A DNA stretch of 64,000 nucleotides from an uncultured Pseudohongiella sp. (GCA_965216715.1 OZ244193.1:1119977-1183976); one strand, 5' to 3'; shown: positions 21,166 through 31,659, numbered from the stretch's first letter. The notes: generated by a model from the sequence alone, not told the origin. A program made the numbers and translations.

Positions 21166-22533
21166 ATGTCCACAGTATTGAAGAAACTCAAACTGGGATT
21201 CCTGGTCAGCCTGCTGGTATTGCCGTTCTCCGGTCAGATCGCTCTGGCCCAGGATGACGACGATGGTCAGCGTGCACCACCGGAAGCCCGTACCTCCGGT
21301 ACCCTGAGTCAGCAGGTAATGCGAGCCGTTACCGAGATTCAGGAAATGATGTCTCCGGAAGACGAAAGTGAGGAGCCCGACCTCGAAGGTGCCAAGCGCG
21401 AACTGGATGAACTCCGGGAACGCCGCTGGGACCGCATGAATGACTTCGAGAAGTCCACGGTTCTGAACTTCTACACTAACTACTATCTCAGCGTCGAGGA
21501 CTACGCCAACGCCTTGCTGACCTTCGAGGAGATTCTCACTATCGAGGAACTTCGCGAAGATACCCGACTGCGCACTCTGCGCTCTCTGGGTCAGCTCTAT
21601 ATGGCCGAAGAGCGCTGGCAGGAAGCCATCGGTGCCTATGACCGCTGGCGTGAACTGTCACCTGAGGAAGACATTATTGTCTACCGTGGCCTTTCCTATT
21701 CCTACTATCAGCAGGAAATGTTTGAGGAAGCGCTGCCGTACTGGATCGACTATATGAACCTGTCCCTGGAAACAGGAGAGGAACTGGGTCGTGACGATTA
21801 CGCCTACCTCAATGGTATCTACTTCACGTTGGAAGATTTCGACAGCGCGCTGGAACTCACCAAGACCATGATTGTGCTGTTTGACAATCAGACTGACTGG
21901 ATGAACCTGAGCGCCGTCTATGCCAGCCTGGATAATGAGGAACGCCGGGTACAGTCACTGAACGTGGCCTATCTCAAAGGCTATGTCGATGACGAAAACC
22001 GTTACCTCAATCTGGGTCAGTCGATGGCCGGTATCGAAGCCCCCTGGAGTGGTGCCAAGATTCTGGTAGACGGAGTCGAGAAAGAGATTATCGAGGAAAA
22101 TCAGGACAATCTGGAAATTCTGTCCCAGATGTATCTGGTAGCCAGTGCCTATGAAGAAGCGCTGGAGCCTGCTTTGCAGGTGGCCGAGATGTCTGACAGT
22201 GGTGACGGCTGGGATACAGTCGGCTATATCCACTACGTCATGCATAATTACGAAGAAGCGGTGGAGGCTTTTGAGCGCGCCATCGATGTCGGTAATTTGA
22301 GTGACCGCTCTGACACCCTGTTATTCCTGTCCCGCGCCCGTATCGAACTCGATGATTTCGAGGGAGCGCTGGAAGCGGCGCGACAGGCGGCTGATGCCGG
22401 TGATGAAAACGCCCGAGAAGCGGCCAATAACTACATCACCTTCATCAATACCAGCAAGCAGCGCTACGACATCATCCAGCAGCGCAAGCAGGAGTCTATC
22501 GAGTACTACCAGCCCTATCCCTCACTGCTGTAG
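21166..22533 (+). CDS. Tetratricopeptide-repeat periplasmic protein (TtpD-like, last gene of the TonB2-type cluster)
   Basis: 455 aa with a signal peptide and multiple TPR-like A/Y/L-spaced helices. It starts 2 nt after the tonB stop. Confidence 0.7.
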   Translation: MSTVLKKLKLGFLVSLLVLPFSGQIALAQDDDDGQRAPPEARTSGTLSQQVMRAVTEIQEMMSPEDESEEPDLEGAKRELDELRERRWDRMNDFEKSTVLNFYTNYYLSVEDYANALLTFEEILTIEELREDTRLRTLRSLGQLYMAEERWQEAIGAYDRWRELSPEEDIIVYRGLSYSYYQQEMFEEALPYWIDYMNLSLETGEELGRDDYAYLNGIYFTLEDFDSALELTKTMIVLFDNQTDWMNLSAVYASLDNEERRVQSLNVAYLKGYVDDENRYLNLGQSMAGIEAPWSGAKILVDGVEKEIIEENQDNLEILSQMYLVASAYEEALEPALQVAEMSDSGDGWDTVGYIHYVMHNYEEAVEAFERAIDVGNLSDRSDTLLFLSRARIELDDFEGALEAARQAADAGDENAREAANNYITFINTSKQRYDIIQQRKQESIEYYQPYPSLL

Positions 22534-22591
22534 GGATATAGCGTCCGGCAGAACAGACTGGACTTGAAAAATCGGGGCCCAGCCCCCAAAT

Positions 22592-22624
22592 ACCCGACCA
22601 CAGCTACTGTGGTCGGGTTTTTTT
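22592..22624 (+). terminator. Intrinsic terminator after the TonB2-type cluster
   Basis: An 11-bp stem ACCCGACCACA / TGTGGTCGGGT is followed by a T-run. Confidence 0.75.
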
Positions 22625-22658
22625 GTGCCCGCGAAAAGTTACTAAAAGAGGTTCTGGA

Positions 22659-24587
22659 ATGACTACAGAAACATCTACCGAAACCCGGGGATTCGAGACA
22701 GAAGCCAAGCAGCTTCTGCACCTGATGATCCATTCCCTGTACAGCAACAAGGAGATCTTTCTGCGCGAGCTGATCTCCAATGCATCCGATGCTGCTGACA
22801 AGCTTCGTTTCCAGGCACTGTCCAGGCCTGAATTGCTTGCCGACGACAAGCCGCCGCAAGTGCAGATTGATGTAGATAGTGAAGCGAAGACTATCACTAT
22901 CGCCGACAATGGCATTGGCATGACCCGGGATGAGGTTATTACCAACCTGGGCACTATCGCCAAATCCGGTACCGCTCAGTTTCTGGAATCCCTCACCGGC
23001 GATCAGAAGAAAGATTCCCAGCTTATTGGTCAGTTTGGAGTCGGCTTCTATTCTGCCTTCATCGTTGCCGATAAAGTGGAAGTTCTGACCCGCAAGGCCG
23101 GCACCGAGGCCAGTGAAGCCACTCTGTGGACTTCAAAAGGCGAAGCCGAATACAGCATTGCCCCCGCCGAAAAGGCCGAGAGTGGCACCACCATTACCTT
23201 GCATCTGAAGAAATCCGAAGAGGATTTCGCTGAAGACTATCGACTGCGCAGCATAGTCAAGAAATACGCCGATCATATTTCCATCCCGGTGATGATGCCG
23301 AAACAGGAAATGCCTGCAGCAGAGGAAGAGCAAGAAGAGGGCAAGGAGGCGGAAGACAAGCCGGTAGAGTATGAGGCGGTTAACGACGCCAAGGCACTCT
23401 GGACCCGGCCCCGCAGTGAAGTCAGTGAAGATGAGTACAAGGAATTCTACAAATACATCAGCCATGACTTTGCCGACCCCCTGGACTGGAGCCATAACAA
23501 GGTAGAAGGCAAGCTGGAATACAACAGCCTGCTGTATCTACCGGGCAAGGCGCCTTTCGATCTCTGGAACCGGGATGCTGCCCGCGGCCTGAAACTCTAT
23601 GTGCAGCGGGTCTTCATCATGGATGATGCCGAGCAGTTTCTGCCGCTGTATCTGCGTTTCATGAAGGGTGTTGTGGACTCCAATGACATCTCTCTGAATG
23701 TCTCCCGCGAGATCCTGCAGAAAGATCCGGTGGTTGACTCCATGCGCAGCGCGCTCACCAAACGGGCGCTGGATATGCTGGAGAAGCTGAAAAAGAAGGA
23801 CAAGGACAAATACGCCCAGTTCTGGGCAGAGTTTGGCCAGGTGCTGAAGGAAGGCCCGGGCGAGGATTTCGCTAACCGTGAGAAGATTGCCAAGCTGCTG
23901 ATGTTCACCACTACCGAATCCGGTGGTGACAGTCAGGATCAGAGTCTGGAAGACTATGTCGGCCGCATGAAGGATGGCCAGGAGAAGATTTACTATATTG
24001 CCAGTGAGTCCCTCAAGGCCGCACGTAACAGCCCCCATCTGGAGATTTTCCGCAAGAAGGGCATCGAGGTCATTCTGATGCATGACCGCATCGATGAGTG
24101 GCTGATGAGCCACCTGCATGAATTCGATGGCAAGCAGTTCCAGGACATCGCCCGGGGCGAACTGGATCTGGGCAAACTGGAAGACAAGGAAGAGAAAGAG
24201 AAGCAGGAAGAAACCGAAAAGGCCTTCGAAGACCTGGTGAAGCGCATCAAGGAAAATCTGGGCGAGAAGGTGAAAGAAGTACGCCTGACCCATCGCCTCA
24301 CCGATTCACCTGCCTGTCTGGCCATTGATGAGCATGACATGGGTCTGCAAATGCGCAAGATCATGGAAGCCTCCGGTCAGGCCGTGCCGGATGCGAAGCC
24401 GATCTTCGAAATCAATCCGGAGCACCCCCTGGTGCACAAGCTGGACAAGGAAGCCGATGAAGACCGCTTCACGGATCTGGTTTCGGTCCTGTTTGGTCAG
24501 GCCAGCCTGGCAGAGAACGGCGAACTGGCAGACCCGGGTGAGTTTTCTTCAAGCCTGAACAAACTGTTACTGCAGCTTAGTCAATAA
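22659..24587 (+). CDS. htpG: Molecular chaperone HtpG (Hsp90)
   Basis: ORF 22623..24587, trimmed to the ATG at 22659 ([45 protein letters not shown]). Confidence 0.95.
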   Translation: MTTETSTETRGFETEAKQLLHLMIHSLYSNKEIFLRELISNASDAADKLRFQALSRPELLADDKPPQVQIDVDSEAKTITIADNGIGMTRDEVITNLGTIAKSGTAQFLESLTGDQKKDSQLIGQFGVGFYSAFIVADKVEVLTRKAGTEASEATLWTSKGEAEYSIAPAEKAESGTTITLHLKKSEEDFAEDYRLRSIVKKYADHISIPVMMPKQEMPAAEEEQEEGKEAEDKPVEYEAVNDAKALWTRPRSEVSEDEYKEFYKYISHDFADPLDWSHNKVEGKLEYNSLLYLPGKAPFDLWNRDAARGLKLYVQRVFIMDDAEQFLPLYLRFMKGVVDSNDISLNVSREILQKDPVVDSMRSALTKRALDMLEKLKKKDKDKYAQFWAEFGQVLKEGPGEDFANREKIAKLLMFTTTESGGDSQDQSLEDYVGRMKDGQEKIYYIASESLKAARNSPHLEIFRKKGIEVILMHDRIDEWLMSHLHEFDGKQFQDIARGELDLGKLEDKEEKEKQEETEKAFEDLVKRIKENLGEKVKEVRLTHRLTDSPACLAIDEHDMGLQMRKIMEASGQAVPDAKPIFEINPEHPLVHKLDKEADEDRFTDLVSVLFGQASLAENGELADPGEFSSSLNKLLLQLSQ

Positions 24588-24617
24588 AGCGGAGCTGTTC
24601 ATACAGTAGCGATACAC

Positions 24618-24645
24618 AAAAACGCCGGCATTTGCCGGCGTTTTT
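24618..24645. terminator. Bidirectional intrinsic terminator between convergent htpG and argS
   Basis: AAAAA-CGCCGGC-ATTT-GCCGGCG-TTTTT. Confidence 0.8.
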
Positions 24646-24671
24646 GTTTCAGACAAATCCAGGCCTCAGGC

Positions 24672-26429
24672 CTACATTCTTTCCAGTGGCTCAATGCCGA
24701 GCAGGGACAGGCCCTGTTTCAGGGTTTCAGCAGTGAGGCTGGCAAGGGCCAGACGGGATTCACGCAGCGCTGCCTCGGCCTTGAGAATAGGGCAGCTTTC
24801 ATAAAAGCGCATGAATATCCCGGCCAGTTCAAACAGGTAATTACAGAGCTGATTGGGGTAACAGTCATCGGCCACCATCTGCACGATTTCAGGCATCTGC
24901 AGGATCTTCATCAGCAGCATGCGCTCTTCCGGCGCATCGATTGAAGAAAGCCTCATGGCACCTTTGTTTTGATCTGCAGACGAGTCATTATTCTGCTTGC
25001 GCAGAATGCTCTTGATACGGGCATAGGCATAGAGCATATAGGGGGCCGTGTTGCCATCGAAGGAGAGCATGGTGGACCAGTCAAACACATAATCACTGCT
25101 GCGGTTTTTGGACAGGTCTGCATATTTGACCGCGGCAATACCGACACGATCGGCGATAGCCTGTCGCTCTGATTCGTCCAGCTCGGGATTTTTCTCCGAC
25201 ACCAGATCGAAGGCGCGACGTACCGCCTCGTCCAGCAACTCTGACAGTTTTACGGTATCACCGGAGCGGGTCTTGAAAGGCCGTCCGTCGCTTCCCATCA
25301 TGGTGCCATAGGCAATATGTTCCAGTGACAGTTTGTCATCGGCCATGCCCGCGGCCCGGGCGACCGCAAATACCTGCTGGAAATGCAGGGACTGTCTGGC
25401 GTCTACTACATAGAGGGAGCGATCAGCATTCAGCTCTTCGGCACGCAACTGGATTGCGGCAAGATCGGTAGTGGAATACAGATAGCCACCATCGGATTTT
25501 TGTACGATAACCGGCAGGGGTTCACCTTCCTTGCCAACAAACTGGGGCAGGAACACACACTGGGCCCCCTCGTCTTCGGTGAGCAATTGCTTCTCACGTA
25601 ATTGTTCAATGATGCCGGCCAGCTTGTCGTTATAACGGCTCTCGGCATCCAGATCATCCCGCTTCAGGGTCACACCCAGCTTTTCATACACTGCCTCGCA
25701 GTGACGCAGGGATTCATCGATAAATTGTTCCCAGGCCTGAAGATGCTCCGCATCGCCACCCTGTAGTTTTACCACCGCCTGGCGAGCGCGGGTGGCAAAG
25801 TCGGCATCCTTATCAAAGCGTTCCTTGGCATCCCGATAAAAGGATTCCAGATCAGCCAGTTTATTGGGAATATCACTTTGCCCCTGACTGACTTCCTGCA
25901 TATAGGTAATCAGCATGCCGAATTGGGTACCCCAGTCCCCCACATGGTTCTGGCGTATGACCTGGTGACCACAGCTTTCCAGCACCCGCACCAGACAGTC
26001 ACCGATGATAGTGCCGCGCAAATGGCCCACGTGCATTTCCTTGGCCAGGTTGGGGGAGGAGTAATCCACTACAATGCGCTGCTTTTGGCCAGGCTCCGGC
26101 AGCAGGTTTTTCACCTCAGCCAGGGCGCTGGCACCGCGCTCAAGCAAGTCCTGATCGTTCAGATGTACATTGATGAAGCCGGGACCGGCCACTTCAAGCT
26201 TGTCGATCCAGGCAAGCTCCTGATTCTCCAAATCTTCAACAACCGCCTGGGCAATCTGCCGCGGATTGGTTTTCAGTTGCTTGGCCAGGGCCATCACACC
26301 ATTGGCCTGGTAGTCACCGAATTCGGGTCGTGAGGCTGTAATCACATGGGCGTCAGGCGCATCAATACCGCTGACTCTGGCGAGACTGTCACTCACCACC
26401 TGATTAAGAAGTTGTTTGAATGATTTCAC
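24672..26429 (-). CDS. argS: Arginine--tRNA ligase
   Basis: ORF 24672..26501. The GTG at 26429 is preferred because (M)KSFKQLLNQVV aligns with the usual ArgS N-terminus. FGDYQANG and the HIGH-type motif HVGHLR are present, and the protein ends ...LERM. Confidence 0.9.
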   Translation of the reverse strand: MKSFKQLLNQVVSDSLARVSGIDAPDAHVITASRPEFGDYQANGVMALAKQLKTNPRQIAQAVVEDLENQELAWIDKLEVAGPGFINVHLNDQDLLERGASALAEVKNLLPEPGQKQRIVVDYSSPNLAKEMHVGHLRGTIIGDCLVRVLESCGHQVIRQNHVGDWGTQFGMLITYMQEVSQGQSDIPNKLADLESFYRDAKERFDKDADFATRARQAVVKLQGGDAEHLQAWEQFIDESLRHCEAVYEKLGVTLKRDDLDAESRYNDKLAGIIEQLREKQLLTEDEGAQCVFLPQFVGKEGEPLPVIVQKSDGGYLYSTTDLAAIQLRAEELNADRSLYVVDARQSLHFQQVFAVARAAGMADDKLSLEHIAYGTMMGSDGRPFKTRSGDTVKLSELLDEAVRRAFDLVSEKNPELDESERQAIADRVGIAAVKYADLSKNRSSDYVFDWSTMLSFDGNTAPYMLYAYARIKSILRKQNNDSSADQNKGAMRLSSIDAPEERMLLMKILQMPEIVQMVADDCYPNQLCNYLFELAGIFMRFYESCPILKAEAALRESRLALASLTAETLKQGLSLLGIEPLERM

Positions 26430-26560
26430 GTTAGGACTGCTGTTCTCTGTGCAAACGGGGCGGACCCGCAATAGCTGAAAAAGGGGAGGATTGTACACCA
26501 ATATCCGGCTGCCGTTTGATGTAGAATGCCGCTTTCATTAATTCAGCCCGGACCCAGGCC

Positions 26561-27505
26561 ATGAGTTTCAGTGACAAGGTGCAATTCATCAAGGTAGAAC
26601 CTGCCCATGTCGGACAGCGCCTGGACAATTTCCTCATGCGACAGCTCAAGGGTATGCCACGATCCCGGGTCTACCGCCTGATTCGCAAGGGAGAGGTACG
26701 GGTCAACAAGAAGCGGGCCAAGCCGGAGAACCGGCTGGAGAAGGGGGATACAGTCCGAATTCCGCCCTATAGCGGCCCGCCCGAAGCGGAGATTCCCAAG
26801 CCCGGCCCGGGTCTCGCCCAGTTACTTCTGGACAGTATTCTGAAGGAAACTGATGACTACCTGGTACTGAACAAGCCCGCCGGTCTTTCGGTGCATGGCG
26901 GTTCCGGCATCCGCCTGGGCCTGATTGAAGCCCTGCGGCAGCTACACCCGGCCGGGACTGCACTGGAGCTGGTTCATCGCCTGGACCGGGATACTTCCGG
27001 CTGTCTTGTAATTTCCAAAAACTCAAATAGTTTAAAAGAGTTACAAAACCAGCTTAAAGCCAAGACTGTCGAGAAACACTACCTGGCCCTGGTGCGTGGC
27101 AACTGGCCCGATACCCTGGTGGAAGTGGATGCTCCTCTGGCAAGGGAAGAAGCTGCCAATGGCGAGCGCATTGTCCGGGTCAATGCCGAAGGCAAGGCTT
27201 CCCGCACTCGCTTCAAGGTGCTCGAACATTTTGCCGCGGCCAGCCTGATCGAGGCGATGCCGGAAACCGGGCGTACCCACCAGATTCGGGTGCATTGCCA
27301 GCAGGCGGGGCATCCCATCATTGGCGATGACAAATACCTGCACAGCCGCCAGCAACAGGCCTTGCCAGCCCCCCTGGCGAGCCACAAGGACCTGTGCCTG
27401 CATGCGGCCAAAATTACCTTTCAGGACCCGCAGAAACAGCGGCCGGTGACAGTGGAGGCGAAATTGGCGGGAAGCTTCCATCAGCTTTTGCAGCGATTGC
27501 AGTGA
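26561..27505 (+). CDS. rluC: 23S rRNA pseudouridine synthase, RluC-like (RluA family with an S4 domain)
   Basis: 314 aa. It has an N-terminal S4 domain (GQRLDNFLMRQL...VRVN) and the catalytic HRLDRDTSG. Confidence 0.85.
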   Translation: MSFSDKVQFIKVEPAHVGQRLDNFLMRQLKGMPRSRVYRLIRKGEVRVNKKRAKPENRLEKGDTVRIPPYSGPPEAEIPKPGPGLAQLLLDSILKETDDYLVLNKPAGLSVHGGSGIRLGLIEALRQLHPAGTALELVHRLDRDTSGCLVISKNSNSLKELQNQLKAKTVEKHYLALVRGNWPDTLVEVDAPLAREEAANGERIVRVNAEGKASRTRFKVLEHFAAASLIEAMPETGRTHQIRVHCQQAGHPIIGDDKYLHSRQQQALPAPLASHKDLCLHAAKITFQDPQKQRPVTVEAKLAGSFHQLLQRLQ

Positions 27506-27576
27506 GCGAAAGCAAATCCTGAGTGGAAACAGATAGATAAGCCTATGATTTCAGGCTAAAAATTATTGCAAAAATT

Positions 27577-27605
27577 TTGACAGAAGGGCCTCATCAGCCT
27601 AGAAT
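27577..27605 (+). promoter_or_regulatory. Candidate sigma70 promoter for the yceD-rpmF-plsX-fab operon
   Basis: TTGACA (27577-27582), a 17-nt spacer, then TAGAAT (27600-27605). An A/T-rich UP-like tract AAAATTATTGCAAAAATT lies upstream and a GC-rich discriminator downstream. Confidence 0.5.
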
Positions 27606-27614
27606 TGCGCGCCT

Positions 27615-28148
27615 ATGTCTGACCGCCAGGTTCCAGTCTATGTCGACACCCGCCGTATCTTTCAGCAAGAGGCTGTAGTTGGCGGATTTGTTGAGCTGGA
27701 GCGCTTGCCCGGATTCCGCCAGAGCCTGGTCAGCGACGAGGCCGAAATCCAGGTGGAACTGCGCTTCAGCGAGGGAGATTCCGGTTACCGGGAAATTCAC
27801 GGGCATTTGCAGGCCCGGGTTGAAGTGGCCTGTCAGCGTTGCCTGGAGCCAATGGCCATCGATCTGGCCGATCAGCTCTCTCTGGCACTGGTTAAGGATG
27901 ATGAACAGGCCAGCAGGCTCAAACCGGAACTGGATCCCTGGATCTGCCCGGATATCAAGCTGGTACTGGCCGACCTGATTGAAGAACAACTGATTCTCAG
28001 CCTGCCCATTGTAGCGGCCCATGAAGATGGGCATTGCCAGGCTGATACTGGCGCGGCGGAGCTGACTGCCGATACAGGCGAAGGAATTGAAGAGGAAGTG
28101 AAGGAAAATCCCTTCGCAATCCTGGAACAACTTAAGAAAAGCGACTGA
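27615..28148 (+). CDS. yceD: YceD (DUF177) 23S rRNA accumulation protein
   Basis: 177 aa, acidic, with the CQRCLEPM Cys motif. It sits in the conserved position immediately upstream of rpmF. Confidence 0.85.
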   Translation: MSDRQVPVYVDTRRIFQQEAVVGGFVELERLPGFRQSLVSDEAEIQVELRFSEGDSGYREIHGHLQARVEVACQRCLEPMAIDLADQLSLALVKDDEQASRLKPELDPWICPDIKLVLADLIEEQLILSLPIVAAHEDGHCQADTGAAELTADTGEGIEEEVKENPFAILEQLKKSD

Positions 28149-28184
28149 ACTATCTGTTTTCGCTTGATATTTTGGAGATAAACG

Positions 28185-28364
28185 ATGGCTGTTCAACAGA
28201 ACAAAGTGACCCGCTCAAAGCGTAACAAGCGGCGTACTCACGACAATTTGTCGGAAGCGACCCTGTCCACCGATAAAACTACTGGCGAAGTACACCGTCG
28301 CCACCACGTCACCGCAGACGGCTTCTACAAAGGCAAGAAAGTACTCGACATCGGCGACGAGTAA
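28185..28364 (+). CDS. rpmF: 50S ribosomal protein L32
   Basis: Absent from the ORF track because it is only 59 aa. I read it directly: [64 protein letters not shown] lies 8 nt upstream. Confidence 0.9.
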   Translation: MAVQQNKVTRSKRNKRRTHDNLSEATLSTDKTTGEVHRRHHVTADGFYKGKKVLDIGDE

Positions 28365-28372
28365 TTGCCAGA

Positions 28373-29428
28373 GTGCTCAAGCACATAGCAATCGATGCTA
28401 TGGGCGGTGAGGGCGGCGCTGCACTGACCGTCCCCGCTGCCCTCAAGGCCCTGCAGGACACTCCCGATCTACATCTCACCCTGGTGGGTGATCCCCGGCA
28501 GATAGAAACGCTGCTGGCGGATTCTGTCGTGCCGGATTTGGCCAGTCGTTGCCAGGTATTGGCCGCCGGCAGCAGCATCAGCGATGAAGACCTGCCGCGC
28601 AATGTCCTGCGCAGCGCTCGTGACAGCTCCATGTTCAAGGCCGTGGAACTGGTAGAGAGCGGCGACGTGCAGGCCATGGTGAGTGCGGGCAATACCGGCG
28701 CCCTGTTGATGATCGGGCGACACTTGCTGAAAACCATTGAAGGCATCAGCAAGCCGGCCATAGTGGCCACCATTCCCGGTAGCCAAAAACAGTGTTATTT
28801 ATTGGATGTAGGGGCAAATCCTGAGGCAGACTCTCAGCTTTTGTTCCAGTTTGCGGTCATGGGCTCGGTGCTGTCGGAGTCCCTGTCCGGCCAGCGCTGC
28901 AGCGTGGGTCTGCTGAATATCGGCTCCGAACAGTTCAAGGGTACCGATGAGGTACGTCAGGCAGCTGAACTGATGGAACGCTGCCAGGCCCTGAATTATG
29001 CCGGCTTCATCGAGGCCAACGCCCTGTTTGAGGGGGCTGCCGACGTGGTGGTCTGCGACGGCTTTGTGGGCAATGTCACCATCAAGTCCAGCGCCGGGGT
29101 GGCCCATGTACTGCAGGAGCTGCTGGAGCATGAATTTGAGCAAAGCCTGATGACCAAATTGTCTGGCCAGTTCTCCAGCTCCCTGTTCAACAGGCTGGTG
29201 AACCGCATCAATCCCCAGCGCTTCAATGGCGCCAGCCTGCTGGGATTACAGGGCTCAGTGGTGAAAAGCCATGGCAATGCCACCGAGGAGGGCTTTTACT
29301 ACGCCATCCAGCAGGCAGTGCGGGAAGTGGAACAACAGGTTCCGCAATTGATTGGCCAAAAGGTAGCTGCCATTATTGCAGCCAACCAGGGGATTCCTGA
29401 GCCTGCAGCCCCGAACACAATTAAATAA
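28373..29428 (+). CDS. plsX: Phosphate acyltransferase PlsX
   Basis: 351 aa with a GTG start. IAIDAMGGEGG is the PlsX N-terminal motif. Confidence 0.9.
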   Translation: MLKHIAIDAMGGEGGAALTVPAALKALQDTPDLHLTLVGDPRQIETLLADSVVPDLASRCQVLAAGSSISDEDLPRNVLRSARDSSMFKAVELVESGDVQAMVSAGNTGALLMIGRHLLKTIEGISKPAIVATIPGSQKQCYLLDVGANPEADSQLLFQFAVMGSVLSESLSGQRCSVGLLNIGSEQFKGTDEVRQAAELMERCQALNYAGFIEANALFEGAADVVVCDGFVGNVTIKSSAGVAHVLQELLEHEFEQSLMTKLSGQFSSSLFNRLVNRINPQRFNGASLLGLQGSVVKSHGNATEEGFYYAIQQAVREVEQQVPQLIGQKVAAIIAANQGIPEPAAPNTIK

Positions 29429-29482
29429 CAAGATATAATAAAGGCCTTAAGTGCCTGATCTACAGGAATTAATAAAAGCACC

Positions 29483-30421
29483 ATGGAAAAATTCGGATTT
29501 GTATTTCCAGGCCAGGGTTCCCAGAAACTCGGGATGCTGGCCGAGTTGCAAGCCCAGCATGGCCTTGTAAAAGACACCTTCGACCAGGCATCACGCGTGC
29601 TCGATCTCGATCTCTGGGAAATCTGTCAGCACGACAGTGATAATTCCCTGGATCGCACCGATATCACCCAACCGGTCCTGTTGGCGGCCTCCACAGCCAT
29701 CTGGCGGGTCTGGCAGGAAACCGGCGGGGCCAGCCCGGCGATTCTGGCCGGTCACAGCCTGGGTGAGTATTCTGCCCTGGTGGCAGCCGGCGTGATGGAT
29801 TTCGAGGCGGCGATTGCCATCGTCAACAAGCGTGGCCAATTCATGCAATCGGCAGTGCCAGCCGGCAGCGGCAGGATGGCGGCCATTGTCGGCCTGGAGA
29901 ACTACCAGATCAACGAGATCTGCGACGAAGCCGACCAGGGTCAGGTAGTCTCGGCGGCCAATTTCAATTCGCCGGGACAGACCGTCATTGCCGGCGATGC
30001 CGACGCCGTGGATCGCGCCATTGCCCTGTGCAAGGAAGCGGGTGCCAAGCGTGCCTTGCCGCTCAATGTCAGCGTGCCTTCCCACTGTGATCTGATGCGT
30101 CCGGCGGCCAAACAATTGGCAGCCGAGCTGGAGCAGCTCAGTTTCAACAAGCCTGCCATTGCCGTGGTACAGAATTACTCCGCTGATATCAGCGAGGATC
30201 CGGAATTAATCAAACAGAACCTGGTCAAACAGCTCTATGAGCCGGTGCGCTGGGTGGATTGCGTCACAGTGATGTACAAGGCTGGCGTAAGCAAGCTGGT
30301 GGAATGTGGTCCGGGCAAGGTGCTCTGTGGCCTCAACAAGCGCATCCAGAAAGAGATGATCTGTCTGGGCTGCGACGACCCGGGCAGTCTGGAAAACGCC
30401 CGGGAAGAAATGCGCGGTTGA
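29483..30421 (+). CDS. fabD: Malonyl CoA-ACP transacylase
   Basis: 312 aa. FVFPGQGSQ and the GHSLGEYSA active-site Ser motif are present. Confidence 0.95.
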   Translation: MEKFGFVFPGQGSQKLGMLAELQAQHGLVKDTFDQASRVLDLDLWEICQHDSDNSLDRTDITQPVLLAASTAIWRVWQETGGASPAILAGHSLGEYSALVAAGVMDFEAAIAIVNKRGQFMQSAVPAGSGRMAAIVGLENYQINEICDEADQGQVVSAANFNSPGQTVIAGDADAVDRAIALCKEAGAKRALPLNVSVPSHCDLMRPAAKQLAAELEQLSFNKPAIAVVQNYSADISEDPELIKQNLVKQLYEPVRWVDCVTVMYKAGVSKLVECGPGKVLCGLNKRIQKEMICLGCDDPGSLENAREEMRG

Positions 30422-30489
30422 GCTATTTGCCGACACGCCGAAAAGAAAGTCGCAATAATTTCAAGAACAAAAACGCAGGATTAAAAGCA

Positions 30490-31233
30490 ATGAATGATGA
30501 AGCAACACTCGCCCTGGTGACCGGCGCCAGCCGTGGCATCGGCAAGGCCATTGCCCTCAACCTGGGCCGTCAGGGAATGACAGTTCTTGGCACCGCCACC
30601 ACTGATAAAGGTGCCGACGCTATCAGCGCCTATTTGCAGGAAGCGGGCATCAAGGGCAAGGGCTATGCCGCCAATGTTGCGGACGACAGTTCGGTCAGTG
30701 AACTGCTGGCCGCCATCAGTGAGGAATTTGGTCTGCCCACCGTGCTGGTCAATAACGCCGGTATCACCCGGGACAATCTGCTGATGCGGATGAAGGCTGA
30801 TGAATGGGACGATGTGATGCAAACCAATCTCGGTTCCATGTACCGGGTTTGCAAGGCCTGTCTGAAGGGTATGACTAAAGCCCGTCGTGGCCGCATTATC
30901 AATATCAGTTCCGTGGTCGGTGCCAGTGGCAATGCCGGCCAGACCAATTACTCGGCATCCAAGGCCGGTATTGAAGGCTTCACCCGTTCCCTGGCCAAGG
31001 AAGTGGGCTCACGGGGTATCACCGTCAATGCCGTCGCACCGGGCTTCATCGACACCGACATGACCCGGGAACTGCCGGAACAACAAAAGGAAGCGCTGCT
31101 GTCTAATATTCCCCTGGGCCGACTGGGCGAGCCGGAAGAAATTGCGGCAGTCGTCGGCTTTCTGGCCGGCGATAGCGGGGCCTATGTCACCGGCGAAACA
31201 GTCCACGTAAACGGCGGGATGTACATGGGCTGA
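30490..31233 (+). CDS. fabG: 3-oxoacyl-ACP reductase
   Basis: ORF 30259..31233, trimmed to the ATG at 30490 (MNDEATLALVTGASRGIGKAIA). Contains the SDR motif YSASKAG. Confidence 0.95.
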   Translation: MNDEATLALVTGASRGIGKAIALNLGRQGMTVLGTATTDKGADAISAYLQEAGIKGKGYAANVADDSSVSELLAAISEEFGLPTVLVNNAGITRDNLLMRMKADEWDDVMQTNLGSMYRVCKACLKGMTKARRGRIINISSVVGASGNAGQTNYSASKAGIEGFTRSLAKEVGSRGITVNAVAPGFIDTDMTRELPEQQKEALLSNIPLGRLGEPEEIAAVVGFLAGDSGAYVTGETVHVNGGMYMG

Positions 31234-31425
31234 TATTTTCGAATATCCGGGTAAACATAAGGCCGTTCAGGCCGACAGCTATAAAACAATTTACACATTA
31301 CATCTCAGGCAAATAAGGGTAAACTTGCGTCTCTGAACAACACGGTTGGTTTGCTGCGACAAGGCCGTGGCAGAGAGGCTCTCAAAAAAGCCTTTAGAAA
31401 CAAACACTAGGAGCTAATAATAGTT

Positions 31426-31659
31426 ATGAGTAGCATTGAAGAGCGCGTAAAGAAAATCGTATGCGAACAGCTTGGCGTGAAGGAGGACGAGGTTAAGCCG
31501 TCCGCTTCCTTCGTAGAAGATCTCGGCGCTGATTCTCTTGATACTGTAGAGTTGGTTATGGCTCTGGAGGAAGAGTTTGAGACTGAAATCCCCGATGAAG
31601 AAGCTGAAAAAATCACCACAGTCCAACTGGCCATCGATTACATTAATCAGAATCTGTAA
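31426..31659 (+). CDS. acpP: Acyl carrier protein
   Basis: 77 aa. [12 protein letters not shown] is the phosphopantetheine site. Confidence 0.97.
   Translation: MSSIEERVKKIVCEQLGVKEDEVKPSASFVEDLGADSLDTVELVMALEEEFETEIPDEEAEKITTVQLAIDYINQNL

Noticed and set aside
22623-22658. N-terminally extended versions of ORF-track entries (htpG 22623, gltX 2093, fabG 30259, trxB 54178, aat 55058, infA 56765, clpA 59495, cysG 49340, moaD 62102, argS 26501, the TerB-like gene 1174)
   Set aside because: The extensions are Arg/Pro/Gly-rich read-through of upstream spacers or neighbouring genes. The internal starts reproduce the canonical N-termini and usually have a Shine-Dalgarno sequence.
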